Assembly: GCA_965113315.1 (NCBI GenBank)
Contig: OZ220364.1
DNA: 64,000 nt
Direction: 5' to 3' (one strand)
Source of the DNA: Podarcis vaucheri
Taxonomy: Eukaryota
The position numbers were made by a program, and so were the translations under genes. Position 1 is the first letter of the stretch. Every line of letters begins with the position of its first letter. Below, piece after piece: positions 50,801 through 59,843 of this stretch. The notes beneath the pieces are model-generated. The model made no database searches and was not told the origin of the DNA. It saw only the letters and a list, made by a program, of their open reading frames with translations.

Positions 50801-53800
50801 ATCCATGTGATATGATGGACACATGTTTTCTTGTTCCTGTGAAAAGAGTCTTAAAGATGCCCATTATCACCATCACTGGCCACTTCTTTGTTTTAGAGAA
50901 ATGCAGCCTCTTGCACTAATAAACAGTGGAGATAGTGCAAAAGCAATTTAGTTTAAACATGCATAATTTGAATTAGTTTATTGTCATTGTGGAGAGACAG
51001 ATGAAAAAAGCTGTCTAAATGTCTCTCTTGACAGTCCCTTAAACTCTTAAATGCCCCCCTTGTATGTTGGAGTACAGTTGACACTGTCCATATGTCCTAT
51101 TTTGCACAGTTAACACCCAAGAAAGTTGCTACTGTACCTTCCTCGGCCAGAGGAACAGTTCTCATAATGCTCTTTCTGAAGGTAAAGAGGGATGGAAAGT
51201 GGAGAAAACCCCCGGACTCCCCCGTCCTTTACTGGTGCAGAGAGTGAAGCAAACACCTGCTGTTCAAATTCCTGTGCTGTGCTTCCACTCATAACTCATG
51301 GCTTCTACATTCCCATCCTTTCTGTGTGTTCTTTGTCCAGGTGGGAGTTTGCTGCAAAGTTCTGCTCCTGTAAATATCCCTGGGTCCCTTGGAAGTTCTG
51401 CCTCCTTTCACTCTGCCTCTCCTTCTCCACCGGTCAGCTTATCATCGCATTTCCTCCATCAGCCCCAGGGACACTTAAGCCAATCAGAAAACACATTCCT
51501 GGGGACATCAGCTTCTCATGGATCATTAGGTAAATGCCCAGTGCGTATGTGAGAGTGTGCATGTGAACATGTACATACCTGTCTAGACCATGTAAGTATT
51601 TTCCTTTTATCTTAGCTTTCATTTAAATGTCCTCATTTTGTGTTGCCACCTAACATACCTTGTGCCCAATGCCTATCAGATGAGGAAGAATTCACTAAGC
51701 CTAAGGACATCCCAGAAAGAATTTCCCTGCACAAAATAACCAAACAACAGATGAGTTAAAATAGTTTGTGACATCCATACAACAAAGAGCAAATGTAGCA
51801 AAACACATTAGGAAAAGTTAAGCAAATTCCAAATGTGTAAGGATGACCCAAGAGTTAAATTCACAGAAGGTAGGCTTTCTGCAGCTAAGAGAAGGAGGCA
51901 AATAGTCTCAACAGTAGCTCAGCAGATGGATGAGCATATATTAACCACAGCAGTAGCGTCTCATCAACAGAGTTGCTGCTGTTTACCAGGAGAGGGAAGG
52001 GTAGAGGTGAAGTGGTGAAGTCAGGGCTGTGTGAACACACCAGCAGGAGCACAGGTTTGGCCCAACCAATTTGTCTGCACAAATCTTACTACCACCTCAC
52101 TTCTCCTGGCAAACAGCAGTGACTCTGCTGCTCAGAGGCTGCTGTGGCTCCATCCCACTGGGCAAGACACTCCTGCATTACAGAGTATCAACAATCATAG
52201 AAAAAGGTTCAAATATGTGATACCATTCTCAATTAGCTTCTGATGCACTTGGAATAGTTGACTTTTTCAGGTTTAGACCTCTTAGTCATACCTGGTCAGT
52301 AATAGCTAACAGACATGAGCTCTGAAAATCAGATACTTGCAAGCCTATTAGAGGCTAAATATTTTATCTTTTCCTAAACAGTTTCCAAAAGACTCCTGGG
52401 GTTGTATCCAAAACATTTTTACTTGTACATTGGGACTTCTCCCCACCCCCTTTGCTCCCTAAATCTGTTCTAGGGGTTTCCTCAACCCTCCAGAGTAGAT
52501 TTAGGGAGCAGAGTGACAGGCAGGACAGGGAGACAGGGGACGTCTCATTACGTAAGCAGAAATTCTTGCGCTGACGGAATGTGTTGGTTGGACGTCAGTC
52601 ACCCTTGATATTCAAAGTAAAGCAAGGGCTCAGTATTCCATGTGTAACAGACCTAACCTGAATGTTGTTCCTTTAAATCATGAAAGCTGTGCAGTGATGG
52701 GAGTACTTTTGAATTTGCTCAGAGTTCCTTCCATAACCATTACACAGCCCTACAACTGGATCTCTCACTGCAAAGATTAGTCAGACTGGGTTCCAGGAAT
52801 ACTTTCCATTTGCAAGACAACCCACCCCATACTGTCTGTTTAAAGGAACATTTGGCCTGCTTTAGAACCAGGGGTGGTGTGTTCCATTTCACCGTTTGAG
52901 GTGAAACGGGAAGTATCGCTTTGTCCTGCTGCTGCTCTGACCACTACCACCTACTTGCTCCTGCCGCAGCCATGTGCCTTGCCACATCTGCCTTTGGCAG
53001 AAAAGCTGCGCCACCATTGGCACTGAGTTGGGGCAAGATCATGCCCCTTTCAGTGTTGATTGCACGGAGGCAACAGGGCAGACAGGGCACTCGTGGGCAT
53101 GCCACCTAGTGCGGCTTCTGCCACCTGAAGCAGCAGCCTCACCTTGACTGGTCCAGCTCTGTTTAGAACAGTTACATCAAATTTTGCCATGGTAGTAGGA
53201 AGGCAAGAGCAGAAGCATTCCTTTATTGTTACTTAGAATGTTCCTGGGCTGGATTCTGGCATCAAAATCAGGTTCAAAGGTTAAGCATTGGCTCCATTTA
53301 AGAAGACATGATTATACAAATGAATCTTTACAAGCTGGGGGGTAGCTATAGTATCTATAAATGGAAGCACCTCAGAAAATTCAACACTTGGCATTTGCTG
53401 AATGTCCTATGGACGGTACAGCATAGAAGTGTGCCTGTCTCTGGTAAAGAGGTTTAAAGTCTAGGCAGGACACACAGGAGAGAATAAGGTAAATGACAAA
53501 GCAGTGTGCAGGAAGTATGTGGGAAGAATTAAGAACTAGGTACTTGTTTTTATGTGTTTAATCACGTCTTGTCTATCATCTGTATAACCACCCGCTTGGT
53601 GCATTATATTGCAAGTGGTAAATGTGTACATGTTTGATTTTATTTACCCTGCCCTTCAACTACTATCAGGAGTAGCTTACAAAAAAATAAAATTATACTA
53701 ATTTTACAATAAGCATCTTGTGCATGTGTAGACTCAATTCAGATCATGGCCTAATTGTAAGCCAAACCACGGGCATCTGCATTATTGACGCTCATTAGGC

Positions 53801-56800
53801 TGGCTATCAGTTGAAAATGTGTTTTCAATAAGCAGTTTTGCTATATATTTTTTACTCCTCTATTAAAATGTATTCCTGCATAAAAATAGCATGCATACAT
53901 AGAAAACATTAACACAATAGCAAGCCAGGGTCTTTAAATAAGGCAAAACATACGGCATTTTAAGAAGCAGAGTTAGCTTTTATAAGTGATAGAGTATTTT
54001 TATTGTTTTATATCATCTTCTGCAGTAGCGTGTGCCCTTGACCTGGTTCCTCTGCTGTGACCTAATTTATAACACGGCTGTGGCTGGAATCAGGATGAGC
54101 TCACACTAGCCATGCTGCTTAATAAATCAGTGTGGTGAGCAGTGCTTTAGTTCCACAGGAAAAACTAAACTGTGATGGGTAATTCAGTGTGAAGAAGAAA
54201 GCTTTAATAAAAACACCTAGAATAGTATTGCAGATATTTTTCTACTGCAGCTTATTCTACCGGAGCATATTTTTGTAGGAAATACACTTTATTTTATCTA
54301 TTTAACAAAATTGGCATGCCATTTGATTGTGGTAAGCCCTCTAAGTGGTTTACAAGAATACATAATTTGTTATGACAGAATAAGAGCAGCAGTAGTGGTG
54401 TGTCGGGTGGGGTGGGGTGGAGCTGCAAGGGCACACTTCTGGCACCAGTGTTGCTGCCTGCGAGGGGCTGGGATAAGTTGAGGCTGTGCAGGCACACCAG
54501 CAGGAGCACTCGACTGGCTCCGCTGGTGCTGCCACGCAGCCTGATTTCAGCCTTATCCAAAAGGAGCAGCTCCACAGCTCCACCCCACCACATGGAGCAC
54601 TACTGGAGAGCACGCTCTGTTGCTCCACAGACTTTGTGGATCTATTTGCAACCTACCCTTTGTATGTGTGAGCTCTGGCAGAAAACAGCAGCAGAAGAAA
54701 CTGTATCCAATTTATTCCCACCTGGTTTGAGATGGCGAGCCATTTTGCATTATTTGGAGCAGAAAAAGCAGGTGTAAGACTCAGCCCCTGGTGTTATACA
54801 GGTGTTTTTGCAAGCATATGTTCGTTGCACAGTACATTTTTAAGCACTCTCATAAAAATGTAAACTGTGCAGTGAGCTTTATTTCTCTTAGTATTAAACT
54901 CTGCCTTATTCTAATAAAAAATAATAAAATTCTGAGGGCCAGCTGTTCTGATGTGAAGTGAGCTGGTTCCTCAGATGAACTTCTGAGTAAGATCAGCAAA
55001 GGCACAGATTTGGACACGAAAAATGGCTTAGTGCTGGTTTGTACTGAAGAACTTCACGTGGTGAATAGATCTTAAGTATTGCAATTGTAGATTCTTATAC
55101 TAATGTATTCAAATCACATATGGGTTTGGTTTGTTAAAACGATTCTAATTCTGATCAAAACAAAATGGTGTAATATTAGAGAAAAATCTTTCAAAAGTAG
55201 AAGTGTGAATTGCAACAATGTTTGGAATAAGATCTAATTAGATTGATTAATGAAGTTACAAGATTAATGACTAAGGGCTTTTTTAAAACAATCCACACAC
55301 AGGTTTTGCTGTTTAACCAGGCCTCTGCTTATACTGGCAGTTTCTAGCATATCTGTTTTAGTTGCGTTGTGGCCAATGTCTCACATGGAGCTCTTCCCTG
55401 TGTGGTGCATCTAAGCCTGTATCTCTCTGCACAGCAGTTATAGGTTAGATGCAGTACAAAGTTCTCAGGAGCACTCTTGGAACCAGCATGCCATGTGTCA
55501 CATTTTTTAAATGTAGAGAATATTTACCGTGTTGCCATTTCTTCTGTGTAAGCTGGAGTGACAAACAGTAACTCTGCAGGTACATGAATGTCTCTCCCCA
55601 GAATCCCCAAATGAATCAATGCCCTGTGAAATACTGAACCATTTCATTCCCTTTCCAAAACTGTGCCGGGCAAGGAAAGGGGTAATCCAGGAATATATGT
55701 GACGTAACATTTCCCCCCTTCCTGTCTGCATGAAACAGGTTTAAACGGGATGAACAGCAGCATATGGGAGCACTTTGCTTCTGGAAGTTTTTCACCCAGC
55801 ACCTCGCCTGCATTTCTGTCGGGTCCAGGTGCTGCTGAGCTGGCCAGGCTGCGGCAGGAATTGGATGAAGCTAACAGCACAATAAAGCAGTGGGAAGAAT
55901 CTTGGAAACAAGCCAAACAGGTAGCGTCCGCTGGGAGGAGTGAGTGAGAGTGGTTTGCCAGGATACTAATGGGCAAAAGCATCCACCTAAGAGCTGAATA
56001 AATAGTTTGAGGGTCCAAAAATAATATTCAAAGTCAGATTTGGTGTGTGTTATACTGTAACATAGTTCCTTCACAGCAGACAGGGGGTTTTGTTTGTTTT
56101 TCTTTTTTAGCTCTTATCAATGGAGAAAGAAACCGATTGATACCTTAGATATGCTGAGGAGTAGGTTGCAGATTGTAACAGGATTTGAAAATGTTCATGC
56201 CAAGGTTGCTAGTGTTCCTCTAGGAGTATTGGCTTTTTTCCAGTTGTATCTGAACACACCTTTCCGATTGTCCCAAGCTTTTTGATTTATGCATCCCCTG
56301 AAAATTGATATGCTCCTCACCTTTTTGTAGTAATGCTCTAATTATTTTGAGGTTAGTAGCTGTGCACTGAAAGAATGGTAAGCCCCTCCTTCTGCATTCA
56401 AGATGCTTTGTAAATGTTCTCCCTCTGGGGATGTACGTTTCCGCCCTGCTCTGGCCAGGTTGGCTAACAAGACTAGGGTGGGTGTGAATATATGCTTTTT
56501 GCTAAACTGTTCCCATAACTAGATTGAGACAGATGGATTGCATTTAGTAAATTGTTCCCTGAGCTGGTGTTAGGCGCTGGAGTCAGGCATAGGTCAGCAA
56601 TAAAACAATAAAGCACCCGATGCCAGTGAAGTTAATTCATTATTCAAAGAAACAAAACAGCTCAGTCCTAGTGATCACAGCAACCCTTCCCAGTAGGTCT
56701 TGCCCTAATGAGGCAGTTGTGAGGACTGAAAGTCCCTGCCTTCCCTCTGCTCTCCAAGGCTCCTCCTCCGGTTGTTTCCCCACCAGCCTAAGGCTCTGCC

Positions 56801-59730
56801 ACCTTGTATCTCATTGCTCTGCTCTCTTGATTGCTCTGTGTGGTCTGGAGGGACGGGAGCTGGTTGCAGTAGGAGAGGAAGACTCCCTGGCTTCTTCTGC
56901 AGCCTGCCTCCACTCTGCTTCTGCCTCTGCTTCTGGAGTGCTCTCTGCCACAGCCTCTTCCTGCTCACTAAACCCTGTGGCCTCTTCAGCTTCCAACACC
57001 TCCTCCCCCTCCCAGTTTGCTTCCGCTTCTCCCTCTGACCATACGTTGTTGTCCCACCACCAATCCCCTGGCTGTGAGCTTTCTTGCCCTGGGGGTTCCT
57101 TTGGGACCACTCTTCTGTATCCAGCCAGTCCATAACAGCTGGGCAGGCAGGATGCGCCACTTCAAAGCACTTAAAGCCATGTAGCTAAAATAACCTATAG
57201 AGGAGTTGTGGTAAAATGTGGATACCTGGGCTAGAAAACCTTTGTGTCACTTCTGTGTGTGCGGATTGAAAGGATCTCATTAGCTATGGGGTGTGTGCCC
57301 AAAAATCTGTCCATTCCACCTCTGGGCAATTATTGTGCCACAAGGAAAGAACAGCCCAGAGCTGGAGAAGGCTGCCTTTCAAGCTTCGGGGGAACAATTT
57401 ACTAAAATAATCTATATAAGTACACAACTACTACTACTTTATTTTAACTGCTTTATTATGCTTACAATAAGGGACGCGGGTGGCGCTGTGGGTAAAAGCC
57501 TCAGCGCCTAGGGCTTGCCGATCGAAAGGTCGGCGGTTCGAATCCCCGCGGCGGGGTGCGCTCCCGCTGCTCGGTCCCAGCGCCTGCCAACCTAGCAGTT
57601 CGAAAGCACCCCCGGGTGCAAGTAGATAAATAGGTACCGCTTACCAGCGGGAAGGTAAACGGCGTTCCGTGTGCTGCGCTGGCTCGCCAGATGCAGCTTT
57701 GTCACGCTGGCCACGTGACCCGGAAGTGTCTCCGGACAGCGCTGGCCCCCGGCCTCTTGAGTGAGATGGGCGCACAAACCCCAGAGTCTGTCAAGACTGG
57801 CCCGTTCGGGCAGGGGTACCTTTACCTTATGCTTACAATAATAAAATACCAATTCCTCCCCCATCACTACCAAAATAGATACATGGTGCTTTCTTGCCAT
57901 GTGAATATATTTTTGAGAAGATAAACACTCTAGGATCCAATGTGTGTGTACACCTTTTGCCAGTACTGTGTGCATAATGTTTGCTTGGGAAATTTGCCAT
58001 ATTTTGTCTCACACTGATTTCAGGAGTTTGTATAGATACAAGAAATCTGCTCCATATACAAAGCCTTTAAATAGAATGCTGGGGAAACTATTCAAGCTGC
58101 GGAGTGAAGCCAAGTGAGGAGATGAGAGAATTCACTTCACATCCTCCTCTCCCACCCCACCCCACCCCCACACTGTTTCCCAAATTACAAATGACTTTTC
58201 CTTTGGGATACACAGGCCTGTGATGCTTGGAAAAAGGAAGCTGAGGAAGCTAATGATCGTGCCAACACGGCAACCATAGAATGTGAGCTAGCCCGGGAGC
58301 AGAGGGAGGCCTTGGAGCTGCAAGTGAAGAAACTCCAGGAGGAAGTGGAGAGGATCCACACTGGCCAGGACCCCCAGTTCCTGCGTTCGCTCTCTGATGT
58401 AGAGACCCTCTCCCTCTCCACACTCTATAATCTCCAAAAACAGCTGCGTGCCAACCTGGAAAGAGTTGATAAGGTAGGTCTGAGTGAGAAGTCTTGTCCC
58501 ACAATTAACTTCGCTTCCTTTTTTGAATCCTTAATAAAAGCAGCAACTGTTCAGTTTGCATTTTTAATCCGTGGTACATTTTGAACCCCATAGACTTGGC
58601 AACCATGAAATGTCCCATTCTTTCTTGGATGAGGGGGTGCAGTTTTATACTAGAATGCTCTCAGCTAGCAGGCAAGGCTTATAACATGGTAATAGGAAAG
58701 GGCATTTCCCTCTGGATCAGAGTATGGTATGTCTGGTACCTGAAAGCAAATCCCACATTGGGCTCCCATGTAATGACTTGGGCCTGTAGAATGTGCTGAA
58801 ATGGCACACACAGACTCCCCATGTTTCCGGGTGGTTGAAGGAAGATGGAAAGGGATTTTATTTGGTAGTACTTGACACTGCCTTAAAAACATTTACGGTC
58901 CCATAGCATTGATCTTGGGGGGGGGGGAGTCAAAATGTCATCTTGTTTCCCCCACAAAACCTATACTCCACAAGAGCTGCATATATACATTTCCGTGTGA
59001 GATGGGGGTGGGGTGGGTGGGATTGAATTTGCTGCGGGAATGAACACAGACAGTTTGGTGGGGGGGGTCCTCTTGCCCACACATTCCATAGAGCTGCTTG
59101 CTAGGCAAGAGGAGTAACAGCTGTATCCTGTGCATCTTGGGTCCTGGCTGCAGCCTAAGCCGCTTCCTTCCTTCAGTGACTTAACAGAGTCAGCAGGCCG
59201 GAGGAGTCACTGCCAGGAGTTCGATGTATGCCAAGTTCATGAGGCACGGCTGCCATCTATGTCATTTTGCATGCTGTCTGCCCAAAGGAACTTTCAGAAC
59301 AGGTGACGGGAAGAGGCGAGAGGGATGTGGGGAGATAAGCCAGGTCAGGCATAGGAACAGGGAGGCGGTTGCAGAGAGAGAGGCAAAGAACTCCTCTGCC
59401 TCTTTTGTACTCCAGTTTCTTCCACCGCCCTCCTGAAAATGTCTGTGGGTTCTCCCTTGTCTACTCCTTGTGAATATCTCTGACCTTTTAGTGGCTGCCT
59501 CATGAGTGTACCAGGGCTCTGTTTTGTTTTGCTGACAACCCCTTTGGTTTTGCCCCCCGTTTCTTTCTTTCCAGGCAGTGTTTCAGATGCAGTCGGTGAA
59601 ATGCCTCAAGTGCCAGGAAGAGAACCGGGTGGTACTCCCGTGCCAACACACTGTGCTGTGTGAAACGTGTGCTGAGGAGGGCGAATGCCCCATCTGCCAT
59701 CCCAACAGGCCACACACTCTCCAGTCGTGA
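15569..59730 (+). CDS. UNK: RING finger protein unkempt homolog (CCCH zinc-finger RNA-binding protein), 16 coding exons, 808 aa
   Basis: The exons join in frame to 2427 nt. N-terminus MSKGP...QPEKPQHYTYLKEFRTEQCPLFVQHKCTQHRPYTCFHWH, then tandem CCCH fingers, a Ser/Pro-rich region, a coiled coil, and a C-terminal RING CLKC...CQH...CETC...CPIC...HTLQS*. Confidence 0.97.
17086..17326. mobile_element. Tc1/mariner MITE, family C, nested in an older palindromic element
   Basis: CAGTGGTACCTCGGTTTA...TAAACTGAGGTACCACTG with TA flanks; interrupts ggctgcaatccta...cccattgaactcagtaggg. Confidence 0.85.
17776..17810. repeat. (AC)n microsatellite
   Basis: About 17 perfect AC units. Confidence 0.95.
18698..18876 (-). 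mobile_element. Bov-B/RTE LINE 3' end fragment
   Basis: (TTG)n tail, then AGTCGTGTCCAACTCTTTGTGACCCCATGGAC...CCATCTCATCCTCTGTCGTCCCCTTCTCC, typical of Bov-B 3' ends. Near-perfect TSD ATAACAA(G/T)AA. Confidence 0.85.
19016..19342 (-). mobile_element. Sauria SINE (older, head truncated)
   Basis: Degenerate (AAAGGT)n tail, CCGTTTACCTTCC...GGTACCTATTTATCTACTTGCAC core, reverse B-box GGATTCAAACC. Confidence 0.88.
19629..20001. mobile_element. Tc1/mariner MITE, family B, with internal 24-bp tandem array
   Basis: TIRs CAGTGGTGCCCCGCAAGACG / CGTCTTGCGAGGCACCACTG with TA flanks. Confidence 0.9.
19794..19914. repeat. 24-bp minisatellite (GCTAAGCCGCTCATCAGCTGATCC)x4 plus a degenerate fifth unit
   Basis: Contiguous units with no spacers. 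Confidence 0.92.
20748..21324. mobile_element. hAT-type non-autonomous element
   Basis: AAGTGGTTCCCAAA...TATGGGAGCCACTG termini with a perfect 8-bp TSD GTTTAAAG at 20740-20747 and 21325-21332. Confidence 0.8.
20848..21054. mobile_element. Tc1/mariner MITE nested in the hAT element
   Basis: TA-CAGTCATACCTCGGGTTAC...GCAACCCTAGCGTCCACTG-TA; CpG-rich. Confidence 0.8.
22946..23310 (-). mobile_element. Sauria SINE, full length, young
   Basis: tRNA-like head (reverse GGGACGCGGGTGGCGCTGTGG...GGTTCGAATCC), (ACCTTT)n tail, 13-bp TSD TTGGAATATGTTA. Confidence 0.95.
28144..28370. mobile_element. Tc1/mariner MITE, family A
   Basis: CAGTGGTACCTT...GAGGTACCACTG with TA flanks. Confidence 0.88.
28543..28663. 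mobile_element. Degenerate hAT-type MITE
   Basis: GAGTCTTCTTCAACC...ATTGGGGAAGACTG inverted termini with an internal CTACAACTTCCATC motif. Confidence 0.5.
31163..31890 (-). mobile_element. L1/Tx1-clade LINE, 5'-truncated (ORF2 C-terminus, 3' UTR and A-tail)
   Basis: Minus-strand reading ...LITHLLSAARNIITRHW...QWYQIAWETALLEKL... resembles non-mammalian L1 ORF2 ends. AATAAA (-) at 31187-31182 and an A-rich tail. Confidence 0.75.
32825..33070. mobile_element. Tigger-like MITE, one end degenerate
   Basis: Right end GATCCAAGTTACGACTG-TA. Internal AATCCGTTCCGGAAGTCCGTTCGACTTCCAAAAC is related to the other MITEs. Confidence 0.65.
34324..34533 (+). CDS. UNK: UNK exon 2
   Basis: 210 nt; YLKEFRTEQCPLF...ICPEGD. 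Confidence 0.96.
34971..35147 (+). CDS. UNK: UNK exon 3
   Basis: 177 nt; CPFLHRTTGDTERRYH...PVYDI. Confidence 0.96.
36642..36772 (+). CDS. UNK: UNK exon 4
   Basis: 131 nt; ELQAMEALQNG...EEPRWQ. Confidence 0.95.
36905..37040 (+). CDS. UNK: UNK exon 5
   Basis: 136 nt; TTYVLGNYKTEQCKKPPRLCRQGYACPYYH...KHKY. Confidence 0.95.
38302..38419 (+). CDS. UNK: UNK exon 6
   Basis: 118 nt; SSPCPSVKHGDEWG...QFHPE. Confidence 0.96.
39699..39783 (+). CDS. UNK: UNK exon 7
   Basis: 85 nt; IYKSTKCNDMQQSGSCPRGPFCAFAHVE. Confidence 0.96.
41014..41182. mobile_element. hAT-type MITE
   Basis: TIRs CATGGGTGTAGCCAGG / CCTGGCTACAGCCATG. Confidence 0.65.
41712..41854 (+). CDS. UNK: UNK exon 8
   Basis: 143 nt; PPLNEELQ...APDLSN. 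Confidence 0.94.
42889..42936 (+). CDS. UNK: UNK candidate 48-nt cassette exon (VWNKPGTLPTSPTSTT)
   Basis: Acceptor tctttgtctttgactgtag, donor gtaagt; phase 0/0 matching the flanking exons; no stop codon. Confidence 0.65.
44435..44635 (+). CDS. UNK: UNK exon 9
   Basis: 201 nt; ILCRNSSLGSPS...YLKNFKCQ. Confidence 0.94.
45047..45176 (+). mobile_element. Penelope-like retroelement terminal fragment with a hammerhead-ribozyme-like core
   Basis: CTGAAGA-AGTGTACATGCACAC-GAAAGCTTATACCC...TTAGTTGGTCTCTAAGGTGCTACTGG, flanked by the 10-bp direct repeat CCTGAAAAAA. Confidence 0.7.
45626..45698. repeat. 33-bp direct duplication with a 7-bp spacer
   Basis: GTCTAATACTTTTTTCCTTGTCTAATGGGCTCT twice, separated by AATAAAA. 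Confidence 0.9.
45835..45900 (+). CDS. UNK: UNK exon 10 (alternative start 45832)
   Basis: 66 nt; AKIKSHSLEHRTQEQPLLQPKQ; CAGCAG acceptor. Confidence 0.93.
46770..46944 (+). CDS. UNK: UNK exon 11
   Basis: 175 nt; DILGILPVGSPLTSS...TVESVI. Confidence 0.95.
48935..49036 (+). CDS. UNK: UNK exon 12
   Basis: 102 nt; SALDDLDLNEFGVAALEK...GIMI. Confidence 0.95.
51341..51529 (+). CDS. UNK: UNK exon 13
   Basis: 189 nt; GSLLQSSAPVNIPGS...SHGSL. Confidence 0.95.
52869..53161. mobile_element. hAT-type non-autonomous element
   Basis: CAGGGGTGG...CCAGCTCTG termini with a perfect 8-bp TSD TTTAGAAC. Confidence 0.72.
55739..55920 (+). CDS. UNK: UNK exon 14
   Basis: 182 nt; LNGMNSSIWEHF...SWKQAKQ. Confidence 0.95.
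56568..57137. mobile_element. Solo LTR of an LTR retrotransposon (570 bp)
   Basis: TGTTA...TAACA termini with a perfect 5-bp TSD GCTGG at 56563-56567 and 57138-57142. Confidence 0.85.
57471..57826 (+). mobile_element. Sauria SINE, full length, young
   Basis: A-box TGGCGCTGTGG, B-box GGTTCGAATCC, ACCTTT tail, 15-bp TSD TTATGCTTACAATAA. Confidence 0.95.
58216..58473 (+). CDS. UNK: UNK exon 15
   Basis: 258 nt; ACDAWKKEAEEA...ANLERVDK (coiled coil). Confidence 0.95.
59575..59730 (+). CDS. UNK: UNK exon 16 (RING finger, stop)
   Basis: 156 nt; AVFQMQSVKCLKCQEENRVVLPCQHTVLCETCAEEGECPICHPNRPHTLQS*. Confidence 0.96.
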   Translation, partial: AVFQMQSVKCLKCQEENRVVLPCQHTVLCETCAEEGECPICHPNRPHTLQS

Positions 59731-59779
59731 CCCTACTAGGACATTTGGTTTAGCATATCACACATAGAACTTTTTAACT

Positions 59780-59843
59780 TTATATATATATATATATAAA
59801 TATAATATGAATATATATATATGAATATATATATATATATATA
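59780..59843. repeat. Interrupted (TA)n microsatellite in the UNK 3' UTR
   Basis: Runs of TA interrupted by ATGA/AA. Confidence 0.9.
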
